Source of the DNA: Deltaproteobacteria bacterium
GTDB lineage: Bacteria > Myxococcota_A > UBA9160 > UBA4427
Direction: 5' to 3'
Length of the DNA: 64,000 bases
Assembly (NCBI GenBank): GCA_002709835.1
Contig: PAQX01000019.1
Location: forward strand, 46,197 to 110,196
Shown here: piece by piece, positions 28,438 through 40,100 of the stretch
Position numbering within the stretch: the stretch's first letter is position 1
Layout of the letters: each line of letters begins with the position of its first letter
Translations under genes and position numbers: made by a program
The notes under the pieces: generated by a model
What the model was told of the DNA's origin: nothing
Databases searched by the model: none
Seen by the model: only the letters and a program-made list of their open reading frames with translations

Positions 28438-28450
28438 CCGCCGCCGTGTC

Positions 28451-29524
28451 TCAGGCCGCGTCGTTCGCGGTCGGCCCCGCGCCCGCGTCGACGCGCTTCT
28501 TCAGCCCGGCGAGATGCGGGAGGGATGCCATCACGACGTCGTAGTCCTGGACGAAATCGATCAGACAACAGACTTCGTCGATCCCGATCGACTCCATCTC
28601 CCGAACGAAGGGCAGGCAGCCCTCGGGCGTCCCGATCAGGGAGCGGTTGCGCATGAAGCCTTCGACCCCGAAATCGAGGACCGCCGAAAGGTCGTCGTCG
28701 CTGAAGTCGTCCAGGCTCACGTCGAGCCCCATTCCTTTCGCGAGGTTCTCGAGGAGCCCGTAGTGGGTCTTCAGGTACTCCCGGAAGGGCTCGCGAATGT
28801 CGCGTTTCACGGTCTCTTCGTCGTCGCCCAGGAAGGTGTGCATCATGAGCGAGACCGTGCCCGCCGCCGGGTCGTGCCCCGCCGCGCTCCTCGCCTCCCG
28901 GTACTTTCCGATCTGCTCGGCCACGTTGTCGAGGCTTTCGCCGAGGACCGAGGTCAGGATGTTCACGCCGAGCCGCCCCGCTTCGACGAAAGTCTCAGCG
29001 GACTGACAGGTGATCCAGATCGGAAGCTCCGGCTGAATCGGTCGCGGCAGCGTCTTCGCTTCGACCAGACGTCCGGCCGCGTCTTCGAACTCGACCGCTT
29101 CGCCGCGCCAGAGCCGCCGGACTTCGTCGAGACTCCGCCACATGAGTCCACGACGGCTGCCGTGGGGCTCCGAAGAAAGGATGAACTCGTCCATCGTCCA
29201 CCCGGTCGCCGCGGCCATCGCGACGCGCCCTCCGGACAGGTTGTCGACCACCGCCCAGTCCTCCGCGACGCGCACGGGATGGTGGAGCGGCAGCACGACG
29301 CTGCCGGCGCGCAACTGCACGTTCTCCGTAATCATCGCGAGGGAAGCCGCCGTAAGAGCCGGGTTCGGATAGAGTCCGCCGAACGCATGAAAATGACGCT
29401 CGGGCGTCCAGATCGCGACGAGGCCTTCGCGATCAGCGAAGCGCGCGGCGTCCTGAATGAGTCGGTAGTGATCGTCCCCGACCGCGGATCCGTCGCCGTC
29501 GAAGAAGAAGAGGCTGAACTGCAT
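28451..29524 (-). CDS. LLM-class (luciferase-like) flavin-dependent monooxygenase, free-standing
   Basis: 357 aa, MQFSLFFFDGDG...WTPERHFHAFGGLYPNP...GRVAMAAATGW. It resembles the luciferase-like monooxygenase domain that is often embedded in PKS/NRPS proteins. It is wedged between the last PKS and the first NRPS with gaps of 11 and 13 nt. Confidence 0.9.
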   Translation of the reverse strand: MQFSLFFFDGDGSAVGDDHYRLIQDAARFADREGLVAIWTPERHFHAFGGLYPNPALTAASLAMITENVQLRAGSVVLPLHHPVRVAEDWAVVDNLSGGRVAMAAATGWTMDEFILSSEPHGSRRGLMWRSLDEVRRLWRGEAVEFEDAAGRLVEAKTLPRPIQPELPIWITCQSAETFVEAGRLGVNILTSVLGESLDNVAEQIGKYREARSAAGHDPAAGTVSLMMHTFLGDDEETVKRDIREPFREYLKTHYGLLENLAKGMGLDVSLDDFSDDDLSAVLDFGVEGFMRNRSLIGTPEGCLPFVREMESIGIDEVCCLIDFVQDYDVVMASLPHLAGLKKRVDAGAGPTANDAA

Positions 29525-29535
29525 GAAGTCTTCCG

Positions 29536-32500
29536 TCAGTCGTGCCCAGCCGCGTCTTCGACGGGCATGGCTTCGATTTCGCCGAGGAGATCCTCGAGGG
29601 TGTCGACCTCCTCTTCAGAGAGGCCGAAGTCGCCGCGCTCGATCGCAGCTGCGATCCCGGCGACGGTGGGTGTGCCATAGAGAAGGGAGCGCATGGAGAG
29701 CTCGACCCCGAACTCCTTGCGAAGTCGAGTGACCGCCTGGATGGCGAGCAGCGAGTTGCCGCCCAGCTCGAAAAAGTCGTCATCGACGCCGACGCGTTCC
29801 AGGCCGAGCAGTTCCGCGACCGCCGTCGCGACGGCCGTCTCCACCGGGGTGCGCGGCTCCGCGTAGGTCGTCGAAAGCTCCGGCCGGGCATGATTGCCGC
29901 CCATGCGACCGACGGCGTCTCCCGCTCGACCGAAGGCAAGCTCCATTCGCGCATCGAGGTCTCGGGCGCTGACGGCGGCGTAGGTGAGCCCGGGCTCCGC
30001 GAGCGCCCGGCACGTCGCCGCCCAGACATCGTCCGGCGAGAGCGCGGTGGCGAGGAGCGAGGTCATTCGCGTCGGTCCCTCTTCTTCCTCGCGGACCGCA
30101 TCCCATCCGAGACTCAACCACCGGACCGGGCCACGATGGAGCTGTGCCACGCCATCGAGATGACTGTTCGCCGCCGCGTAGGCTGAGAAGCCCACGCCCC
30201 CCACGACCGAGGAGAGCGACGACTGGAGCAGGACAAAGTCGAGGTCGATCCCTTCGAGCGCAGCCGCGAGCGCGCGAGTTCCGTCCACCTTGCTGCGCAT
30301 GATCCGTCGCCGTTCGCTGGGGTCGAGGTCGGGCAGTGCGCAGGCGGAGTCGTCGCCCATCAGATCACTCGTGAAGACCGCGGCCAAGCTACCGGAAGCG
30401 CTGCCCGCCGCGCGAATCGCCGCGCCGATCGCGCCCGCGTCCGTCAGGTCGAGGGAAGAAAGCGCCCACGCCTTGCCTTCTTCGCCGAGCGACCGGATCT
30501 GCTCGATCGTCGCGACGTGTGCCGGCGACGCATCGGGATCCGCCAGCACCGCATCCCAGGCGTGCGGTTCCGGAAAGTCCTGGCTCGCGAGGAAGACGAC
30601 CCGGGCATTCAACTCCTGGCGAAGGAACCGCGCGTAGAAGAGCGCGAGCCCGCCGGTCGGATCGCCCACGATCGCGTAGCTCGCGTCGCGGCGCAGACCG
30701 GGATCCCCCTCGGCAAGCGGCAGCCGCCGCTGACGACGCATCCATCGATAGGCGCCGCGGAGGGCGACGACCGGAACGAGCGCTTCCGGGGCCGCCTCGA
30801 TCGTGCGCGTGAAGGCCTCGGCCACCACGTCCCCGGAGAGGTCGATCGTGCGAAGCGCGAGACCGGGTACTTCCTGGGCGACGACCTGCATCAGGCCGAT
30901 CGCTTGTCCGCGATGAGCAACCGCCGCCTCGAGGCCCACGACTTCGAACGCATCGCGCGTCACCAGGTTGAATTCGACCTCGAGCCCCGTCGTGAGCAGC
31001 GCGCGACCGAGGGCCACGAGCACGTCGAGATCATGGGCGCCATGCTCGTCCGGCGCCTGGACCCAGAGGATCCGTGCCGCCTCTCGCCCAGCAAGGGACT
31101 CGAGTAGAAGCGTCCAGTCCGACTCGATCCTGGGATCGAGACGGAAGTCGAGATCCGACTGCGCGACGAAGGACGCTCCCCGCTCGACGCGAACGATGGA
31201 ACCAGCCGATCCACTTTCCACCAGATCGCCCAACGGTCGCGAGCCGAAGACGACCGCGATCGTGTCATGCCGCTCCGGATCGCTGCCATGAGCGCGAGAC
31301 TCCCCCCCTTCGAAGCGGAGGGCCGAACGTTCCCAGCGCGGAGCGTAGAACCAGTCACTCGGATCCGTCGCCTTCCGATTTGGATCGACCGAAGGCGTCC
31401 GGCTCGTTCCCGAGAGGTCGGGGTAGTAGCGCTTGCGCTCGAAGGGATAGGTCGGCAGCGAAACCGGAGGTGGCGGGGAAGCACCCTCCGCGCGGAGCAC
31501 GCTCCAGTCGACGTCGGCTCCCATCATCCAGAGGCGTCCGAAGGCCTGCGCGAAATAGCGCTCGGCGTGCCGCGCCTGCTGGACCCCGGGCAGGCTCGGA
31601 ATCGCGACGTTCGAGTTGCCCACGCACGCCACGACGGAGCGCGTCAGCGCGTCGCCAGGACCGATCTCCAGGAAGAGCGGCGCGTCGAGCTCCCCGACCT
31701 GCGCCACGCCATCCGCGAACCGGACCGGCTGGCGGAGATGCCGCGCCCAGTAGTCGGGGTTCGTCGCCTCCTCGTCGGTCAGCCATGCGCCGGTCACGTT
31801 CGAGATGATCGGGATCGTCGGCGGCGCGAGCGACGCGCCGCGCAGGTGCGCCGCGAGAGTCTCGGCCGCGTCGGCCATGCTCGCCGAGTGGAACGCGTGG
31901 GAAACGGCGAGACGCTTCATGGGCAGCTCGCGCTCCCGAAGCCAGGCCTCGGCCTGCGAGATTGCATCCTCGGGCCCGGCGACGGTCGTCGCCTGCGGCG
32001 CGTTGATCGCGGCCAGCTCGAGCCCGGGCGTAGCCGCGAGTAGCGCTTCGAGATCGTCGCCATCGGCAGCGACCGCGAGCATCGACCCGACCGGACAGGC
32101 CTGCATCGCGCGTCCCCGCTCGGCGACGGCCTCGAGGGCCGCTTCGAGCGTGAAGACGCCGGCGATCGCGGCGGCGACGTATTCCCCCAGGCTATGACCG
32201 ATCAGCGCATCCGGCTCGACGCCACGAGACTGCCAGAGCTGCGCGAGGGCATACTCGAAGGCGAAGAGGACGGGCTGGGTGTGATCCGTTCGGGCCAGCT
32301 CTTCCGGATCGGTCTGCGCATCGACCAGTCGCAAGAGATCGAGCTTCGGCGCGAGGTGAGCAGCGCAAGCGTCGAGGGCTTCGCGAAAAACGGGCTCGCT
32401 CACGTAGAGCCGCCGCGCCATCCCCGGATACTGGGTTCCCTGTCCGCTGAACACGAACACGATCGGCCGGGAGGCACCGGACGCCTGCCCCCGCTGACCC

Positions 32501-34158
32501 GGCAACGGAGGCGCGGAGAGGGTCGCGATCGCGTCCTCGCGTGACTTCACCACGCAGATTCGGCGCTCGCCGAGGGCGCGTCGCCCCTGCTGGAGTGTGC
32601 GCGCGACCGAATCGAGTTCGGCCTCGGGGTGCGCCGTCAGATGCCGGGCGAGGCGCTCGGCTACCTGGTCGAGGGCCGAGGGCGTGTGCGCGGAGAGCGG
32701 GAGGATCTCCCACGCGTCGGTGGCGGCGCGACGGGAAACGGGCGTGGCCGGCGCTTCTTCGAGCACGACGTGGGCGTTCGTTCCGCCCATTCCGAACGAA
32801 CTGACCCCCGCGCGACGCGGATCGTCGCCGCGCTTCCAAGGCGTCTTTTCGCGGACGACATCGAAAGGACTCGTTTCCAGACCGAGCTGCGGATTCGGCT
32901 GCGCGAAGTGCAGGCTCGGCGGAAGCGCTTCGTGGTGGAGGGCCAGCACCGCCTTGATGAGACCCGCGACCCCCGCCGCGGCGTCGAGATGACCGACGTT
33001 CGTCTTGACCGATCCAAGGGCGCAGGTCCGACCCGCGTCGCGAAGCTTGGCGCCGAGCGCCCGCTCGAGGGCGGCGAACTCGATGGGATCTCCCAGCTCC
33101 GTCGCGGTCCCGTGGGCTTCGACATACCCGACCGTGGAAGCGTCGAGGCCTGCACTCTCCCACGCCTTCTCGATCACTTCCGCCTGTCCGGTAACGCTCG
33201 GCGCGAGCAGGCCGACCTTTCCGGAGCCGTCGTTGTTGACCGCCGATCCCGCGACCACGGCCAGGATCCGGTCGCCGTCTCGCTCGGCCGCGGCGAGGGG
33301 CTTCAAGACGACGAGGCCGACGCCGTTTCCAAAGAGCGTCCCGCGTCCTTTCGCATCGAAGGCCCGACACATCCCGTCCGGCGATGCGATCCCGCCGGCT
33401 TCGAACACGTAGCCTTCCGGGTCGACGCGACCGATCGTGACGCCGCCGGCGAGCGCGATCTCGCAATCGCCCCGCATCAGCGCATGGCAGGCATCGTGGA
33501 CGGCGACCAGCGATGTCGAACAACCGGTCTGCACACCGCACGCCGGGCCTTTGAGATCGAGATGATAGGCAACCCGCGTCGGCATCAGGCCCATGACGTT
33601 GCCGACGACCGCTTGAACGGGATTCGACGGGTCTCGAAAGGCGGGGTCCGCATTCAGGGCGAGCAGGTAGCTGTTGAGCGCGGCTCCTCCGTACACGCCG
33701 ATCCGAGCACCCGAACGTGTCGAGTCGATCCCCGCATCTTCGAGTGCAACCCAGGCACACTCGAGAAAGACACGGTGCTGGGGATCGAGGATCGTCGCCT
33801 CGCGTGGCGCATACCCGAAGAGTCCCGCGTCGAAGGAGGCCGGATCCTCAAAGCTCGCATAAGCCCGGACATAGTCCGCGCTTGCCGCGACCTGCGGATC
33901 GACGCCCGCGGCTTCGAGCTCAGCGTCGTCGACATCGCGCACGCCGGAGCGGCCTGCGGCGAGCATCTCCCAGAACGCCTCGACGGACTCCGCCCCCGGC
34001 AACCGGGTCGCCATCCCGATCACCGCGACCCGGCGATCGCCGCCCTTCTTGAGCGTCTCGATCTGCAGGCGCGCCTCACGAAGCGCTTCCAGCATCCTCT
34101 GCTGCGAAGCGCGCGGCGGCGTCTGTTCTTCGGAATCACTCATCGGGTCGGGGTCCAT
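29536..34158 (-). CDS. type I PKS module: KS-AT-KR(like)-carrier protein (1540 aa)
   Basis: KS: TGCSTSLVAVH, EAHGTATELGD, NVGHLD. AT: GHSLGEY and HAFHS (malonyl-type). KR-like region: SKVDG, SSLSS, YAAAN, but a degenerate glycine-rich motif (VGDPTGGLA). C-terminal carrier: FFELGGNSLLAIQ. An alternative start at the second Met (MSDSEEQ) is possible. Confidence 0.95.
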   Translation of the reverse strand: MDPDPMSDSEEQTPPRASQQRMLEALREARLQIETLKKGGDRRVAVIGMATRLPGAESVEAFWEMLAAGRSGVRDVDDAELEAAGVDPQVAASADYVRAYASFEDPASFDAGLFGYAPREATILDPQHRVFLECAWVALEDAGIDSTRSGARIGVYGGAALNSYLLALNADPAFRDPSNPVQAVVGNVMGLMPTRVAYHLDLKGPACGVQTGCSTSLVAVHDACHALMRGDCEIALAGGVTIGRVDPEGYVFEAGGIASPDGMCRAFDAKGRGTLFGNGVGLVVLKPLAAAERDGDRILAVVAGSAVNNDGSGKVGLLAPSVTGQAEVIEKAWESAGLDASTVGYVEAHGTATELGDPIEFAALERALGAKLRDAGRTCALGSVKTNVGHLDAAAGVAGLIKAVLALHHEALPPSLHFAQPNPQLGLETSPFDVVREKTPWKRGDDPRRAGVSSFGMGGTNAHVVLEEAPATPVSRRAATDAWEILPLSAHTPSALDQVAERLARHLTAHPEAELDSVARTLQQGRRALGERRICVVKSREDAIATLSAPPLPGQRGQASGASRPIVFVFSGQGTQYPGMARRLYVSEPVFREALDACAAHLAPKLDLLRLVDAQTDPEELARTDHTQPVLFAFEYALAQLWQSRGVEPDALIGHSLGEYVAAAIAGVFTLEAALEAVAERGRAMQACPVGSMLAVAADGDDLEALLAATPGLELAAINAPQATTVAGPEDAISQAEAWLRERELPMKRLAVSHAFHSASMADAAETLAAHLRGASLAPPTIPIISNVTGAWLTDEEATNPDYWARHLRQPVRFADGVAQVGELDAPLFLEIGPGDALTRSVVACVGNSNVAIPSLPGVQQARHAERYFAQAFGRLWMMGADVDWSVLRAEGASPPPPVSLPTYPFERKRYYPDLSGTSRTPSVDPNRKATDPSDWFYAPRWERSALRFEGGESRAHGSDPERHDTIAVVFGSRPLGDLVESGSAGSIVRVERGASFVAQSDLDFRLDPRIESDWTLLLESLAGREAARILWVQAPDEHGAHDLDVLVALGRALLTTGLEVEFNLVTRDAFEVVGLEAAVAHRGQAIGLMQVVAQEVPGLALRTIDLSGDVVAEAFTRTIEAAPEALVPVVALRGAYRWMRRQRRLPLAEGDPGLRRDASYAIVGDPTGGLALFYARFLRQELNARVVFLASQDFPEPHAWDAVLADPDASPAHVATIEQIRSLGEEGKAWALSSLDLTDAGAIGAAIRAAGSASGSLAAVFTSDLMGDDSACALPDLDPSERRRIMRSKVDGTRALAAALEGIDLDFVLLQSSLSSVVGGVGFSAYAAANSHLDGVAQLHRGPVRWLSLGWDAVREEEEGPTRMTSLLATALSPDDVWAATCRALAEPGLTYAAVSARDLDARMELAFGRAGDAVGRMGGNHARPELSTTYAEPRTPVETAVATAVAELLGLERVGVDDDFFELGGNSLLAIQAVTRLRKEFGVELSMRSLLYGTPTVAGIAAAIERGDFGLSEEEVDTLEDLLGEIEAMPVEDAAGHD

Positions 34159-34191
34159 GCTCGCTCGCTCGGCTCATCGGCGCGTCGGGCT

Positions 34192-37100
34192 TCAGTCGTT
34201 CAAGAGTTCGCCGAGGGCATCGAGCTCCACCGCGAGAGCGGCCTCGAAGTCCTCTTCTTCGCCCGCAGAGTGCGGAATCGGTTGGCCCGGTGTTCCGACC
34301 GGAGTTTCTGTTCGCGGTTGTTCCGGATCTCGGCCGGGCTCGGGTTCGGTCGCGTTCGCAAAAACCAACGCGTCGAGATGGTCCGAGAGTTCGGCGATGT
34401 TCGGATACTCGAAAAGCGTGGTCGATGAGAATTCGAGACTCGCCGACGCCTCCAGGCGCGCGGTGAGATCGACGGCCATCAAGGAGTCCAGTCCCAGATC
34501 GAAGAACCCGTCGACCGCCGAAGGTAGCTCGCCTTCCGGCAGCCCCAGGACGAGTCCGATCTCACGCTGGAGCCGACGCCGGATCTCTCCGCGGCGACGC
34601 TTCTGAGGCATCCGGTCGAGCCCCGCGAAGACGCCCTCGTCCGGCGAAGTCGTAGGGCCTTTCGGAGCGGCGGCAGGGCGCGCCGGCGACTCGTTTGCGA
34701 AGAGAGAGAAGAACGGGTCACGGGCGAAGCCGGACGCCTTCGCCCAGTCGATCGGGACGACGCCGACGCGGGTCACGTCGGCCCGGCCGAGCAACGCGCC
34801 GAGCGCCGCCAGGCCCTGATTCGTTCGGATCGGTCCGATTCCGCGTCCACGCATCGCCGCCGCGACGTTCTCGTTCGCCGCCGAGCCGGTCTCCGACCAG
34901 GGCCCCCATCCGACACTGAGAGCCGGGAGCGCCCGTCGCCGGCGATGGAGCGCGAGCGCATCCAGAAAACCGTTCGCCGCCACGTGCGCGGCCTGGCCCG
35001 GAGAACCGAGCAGCGAAGCCGCCGACGAGTAGAGCACGAAGAAGTCGAGTGAGCGCGAACGCGTCGCGCGGTCGAGCTGGAGCGCGCCTTCGACCTTCGG
35101 CCGGAGAACGGTTCCGATCTTCTCCGCATCGAGCCCCTTCAACAGTCCGTCTTCGAGGACCCCTGCCGCGTGCACGACGCCCCGGAGCGGACCGCATCGC
35201 TCCGCGACTTCGATCGCCGAATCGACGTCCTCGGCGTGGGCGACGTCCCCGGCCGCGCACACGACCTCGACTCCGCGATCGACGAGTCCGTCCAGCTCGG
35301 CCGGCATTTCCTCCGGTACGCGTCGCCCCATCAATACGATCGAGCGCGCGCCGGCGTCGGCGAGCCACCGCGCGGTCGCAAGTCCCAGGCCACCGAAGCC
35401 TCCGGTGATCAGATAACTGGCCTCGGCGTCCACCGGCATCCCGGAGGCGCCGAAGTCGAGCACGATCTTCCCGGTGTGCCGCGCGTTTCGCATGAATCGA
35501 AGCGCCGCGCCCGCATGCCCGACCGCAAAGATCTGTCGGGGCAAGGGTCCCAGGTCCCCGCGCTCGAGTGCAGGGAGCCACGCGTCGAAGAGGTTCGCGA
35601 TTCGTTCCGGCTCGTCCGCGGCCATCGTCATCAGATCCACGATCCGATAGTCGACGTCGTCTCGGATCGCGCGGATGTCCTCTTCCCTCCGCAGGTCGCG
35701 CTTGCCGATCTCGAGGAAGGTCCCGCCCGGCGCGAGGGCGCGCAGGCCTTCGTCGATGAAGTCGCCAGTCAGGGAGTTCAGGATCACGTCGACGCCTCGC
35801 CCGTCCGTCGCAAGGCGAACCGCTTCTCCGAACCCGGGCCGACGGCTATCGAGAGGCGCCTCGACCCCCAACTCTCGAAGCGTCTCCCACTTCTCCCGAC
35901 TCGCGGTCGCGAAGACCCGTACACCGCGGGCCCGAGCCACCTGGATCGCCGCCATGCCCGTGCCGCCCGCCCCCGCATGCACCAGCACCGTCTGCCCCGG
36001 TTCGATTCCTGCGACTTCCACGAGCGCCTGCCAGGCCGTGAGGAAGGTCGCGGGGAGCGTCGCTCCCTCGAGCGCCGAGAACGCCCCGGGGAGCCGGGCG
36101 AGATGCAGGTCTCGCACGATCGCGCGGTCCCGGAAGCTCCCTTCGCAGAGCGCGATCACCCGATCTCCGACGGCGCATCTCTTCACACCTTCTCCGACTT
36201 CCAACACCCGCCCGCAGCACTCGACTCCGAGCCAACCGCGCTCGAAGGGCAGCATGCCCATCGAGTCGAGCACGTCGATGAAGTTGAGCCCCGCAGCGAG
36301 GACTTCTACGACGACCTCGCCCGGTCCGGGCGCGTCCGTCGTGGCCGGCACGAATCGGACGCCTCCCTCTTCACCGCGCGTCGCGGGTTCGATCCGATAG
36401 TCGGACGCCGGACGCGGATCCGGAGAGGCGAGCGGCAGACGTTCGAGTCGTTCGACCCGCGTCTTTCCGTCTCGCAGCCGCCGCGCCTCACGAACCGGGG
36501 ACGCAAGCGCCTCAAGCACCGCGGTCCGCTGCGCGTCGACGGCCGCGCTCGGATCGACGTCGATCCGCGCGCAGTCGAGCCCCGGGTGTTCCAGCCGCGC
36601 GACCTGAATGAGTCCGGCGAGCACGGCCTGCGTCGGCACTTCGTGCCCTTCCCCCGTCGCGCCGCGCGTCACCAGGGTCAGGCGAGGCCGAGAGGCGCGA
36701 TCGACGAGGTCCCGGATCGTCGAGAGAACGCGATCGATCTGCTGCGCGAGCGCCTTTGGATCGGCCGACGGAGTCGGCACGAGGAGCACGTGATCGCATT
36801 CCGCCTCACCCAGAATGGAGCTTGCTTCGAGCGTCGAAGTGAGCGCGTTCACCAGGGGCTCGTCTTCTCCGAGGACGACGGTTCTTCCCAGCACCACGGA
36901 AGGAGATTCGGGACGACGAGCGACGATCAGGCTCTGTGCCGCTTCGTGCGATTCGCTCGGCCTGAGCGCCGTCGCCTCGAATCCGGATTCGCGCAGCAAC
37001 TCGACCCAGGCGGCCGCCGACAGAAGTGGATGTGCCGGTCGGAGCGCCTCGTCCTCGAAGGCCCACCACCCCTCGGTCAGACCGAAGATCAGGTCGAGGA

Positions 37101-40100
37101 AGGGAACCACCGACGTCGACTCCAGCAAGAGCAGCGAGCCCCCGGGCGCGAGGAGTCCCCCGATTCGCTCGAGCGTCCTACGCAGGTCGGACGTTGCGTG
37201 GAGCACGTTCGCGGCCACCACCACATCATGGCTGCCCAGGGCGATCCCCTGGCCGACGGGCTCCGCGGTCACGTCGAAGCGTTCGAAGCGAAGCGACTCG
37301 TGTTCCCCGAATCGTTCGCGCGCGCGCTCGACGAGAAGCGGCGCGACGTCGCTCACCGTGTAGTCGACGCCGCCCAGCTGATCCAAGAGGAAGCGGGTCG
37401 TCGCCCCGGTTCCCGCACCAATCTCGAGGACCCGGAGCGGGCGCCTTTCCCCCCCGTTCTCGGCCACCTCTCGACGAAGCTGCGCGAACGCGGCCGCGAC
37501 CTGTTCATTCATCAGGCGCGCACCGGTCGAGCTCGCGTAGATCGCCTCGACCAGCGTCCCGTCTCCGTCCGGAAAGAGCAGGGACATCGGTGCGACTTCG
37601 CCCCGCAACACCCCGGCGAGCGAGCCTCCGCAGCGCTCGAGCAACGCGGCCTCGCTCGAGGCCGACGGCGTGCTCTCGACGAGCGCGGCCAGAGATGCCC
37701 CGAGTTCTTCGGCCGAAACGCCTCCTTCGCCTCGGGTCTCGGCTTCGCAAGCGAGCTCTCGAATCCGGCGCCAGAGACGTTCGAAGCGCGGGGGGACCGT
37801 CGCGTCTTCGCCCAGGCGCTCGCGACAGGACCAGGCATAGCCGCGGGCGGCCGCGTCGAGCTCTCCGAGCACTTCGGTGTAGGCGCGTTGTTCGTCACTC
37901 TCGGCTTCGCGACGAAAGGCCGGTGTGAGCGCTTCGACCACTTCTTCCGGGCGCGGCTGAGGGAGAGCGGTGACGACGCGTCGCTCGTCGACGCGGACGT
38001 GATAGAACCAGTCAGGATCGACCCGTTCGTGATGCCAGCGCGCTTCGCTGATCGGTCGCAGTCTGAGATCGACGAGAGAGAGAAGCGGTCGCCCCTCCCC
38101 GTCGTAGACGTCGATGGAGACCGAAACAGAGTCACGCACGATCTCGGTTCGCAGATGGGCGTGAACGAAGCCGCCCTCCCCTGGCAGACCGTGAACGACG
38201 ACCGTCCCCACGCTCGCAGGAAGGAAGGTCTCCGCTTCTGCCCGATCCAAGAAGAGTGCGGAACAAGCCTGGACGCAGGCATCCGCCACGATGGGGTCCC
38301 ATGCGAATCCGAAACCGACCCGCTCGGGACGACGGATCCGCGCGAGGGCTTCGTTTTCTCCGAGCTGAACTGCCTCGAGCAATCGCCACGCAGGTGCGTA
38401 CGTGACGGACTGCGCCGCGAGGCGCGCCCAGCAGTCTTCCGGATCGACACTGTTCGGACAGCGCCCACGAATCGCCTCCAGATCCGCGGAAGGCCGCGCG
38501 TCCGCCGCCGCCCCTGAATCGATCCGCCCGACGCAGTGCGTGTCCCAATCGCCGTTCGGCGTGCGGCTCAAGACGCGGAAACGACGACCGTTCGCGGCCG
38601 GCTCGACTTCGATCTGGGCATCTTCTGCCTGGTCCAGTCGAAGCGCGCCGGTAAAGTGCACGGCGGAAATCCTGAGTCGGGCGTCTTCGCCACCGAGTCG
38701 TCGTGCAGCCTCGAGGCCTAGGCCCCAGAGCCCCGCCGCGGGCAACACCGAGTCACCGAACACGCGATGTCCCTGCCAGATCGGCTGCGCGAGCACGTCG
38801 CGAGAAAGCGCGTGGATCGATCGGTCGCCGTCACCCGGATGGAGCGCGGGACCGAGCACCCCCTGTCGCCTCGGCTCGACCGTCGACTGCGCGAGCGCGG
38901 CGTGCCCCCTCTCGGACGCGTCCGGCGCGGCCCAATGCTCCCGACGCACGAAGCGATAGGTCGGCAGGTCCACAGCGGCTCCCGGCGCGTCTCCCCAATG
39001 GAGTCCCACGCCGGCTTCGAAAGCGGCCCCGAGCGCAGCCAGAAAGTCCTCGCCGTCTTCACTTCGTCCGCGGAGGCTTGGAATGCGGGGGCCCTGCCAT
39101 TCCGGTGCGATCCGAGACGAGAGTGGAATCAGCGTGGGACGCGATCCGATCTCGACCAGCAGATCGATCCCGTCCTCGACGAGCGCCGAGACGGCCTCCG
39201 CATAGCGGACGGGGGAGCGGATCTGCCGCGTCCAGTAGGCCGCGTCGAGTCGCTCTTCGAGAACCCGCGCTCCGGTGGCGGTGGAATAGAAGCGCAGACC
39301 GGGCGCGCTCGGCACCGCCCGGAAATCGCGCTCGAAGTCACCGAGAATCGGCGCCATCAAGTCCGAATGAAACGCATGGGAGACCGCGAGGCGCTGACTC
39401 TCGAAGCCGAGCGCCGAAAGGGCTTCAGTCGCCGCAGCGAGGTCCGCGTTCGTCCCCGCGATCACGGTGTTCCTCGGACCGTTCATCGCGGCGATCTCGA
39501 CGCCGGCGGGAAGCGCAGACCCGACCTTCTCCGGCTCCCCGAAGACCACGACCATCCCACCGTTCGGGGGGAGCGATCCCATCAATCGTCCCCGCAAGAC
39601 GACCGCCTCGAGCGCCTCTTCCACTCCGAGAACGCCTGCCGCGACGGCCGCCGCGTATTCGCCGATGCTGTGGCCCAGGACCGCGCTCGGCTCGACGCCC
39701 CAGGCGCGCCAGGCCTCGCAGAGCCCATAGGCGAGCGCAAAGAGTGCGGGCTGGGCGTGCTCGGTCTTCTCGAGTTCGCGGGCAGCTCGTTCTTCCCATC
39801 CTTCGCCCCCGGGCGCCGGATGGATCAGACCGAGAAGGTCGAGACCCGCGTTCGCCGAGAGCCAATCCGCACATCGATCGATCGCCGCCCGGAATGCCGG
39901 TTGAGTCGCGTAGAGCCCGCGCCCCATGCCGATGGCCTGGGAGCCCTGCCCGGTAAACAGGAACGCAACCCTCGGCTTGCGGTGGGCCGGCTGGCGGACG
40001 CCACCGTCCTCCGCCGCGAGTCGAGTCTGGACGCGCTCGATCGCCTCGAGTGCAGACGTACGATCGCGAGCAACGACGGCGACGCGCTCCTCGAAACACT

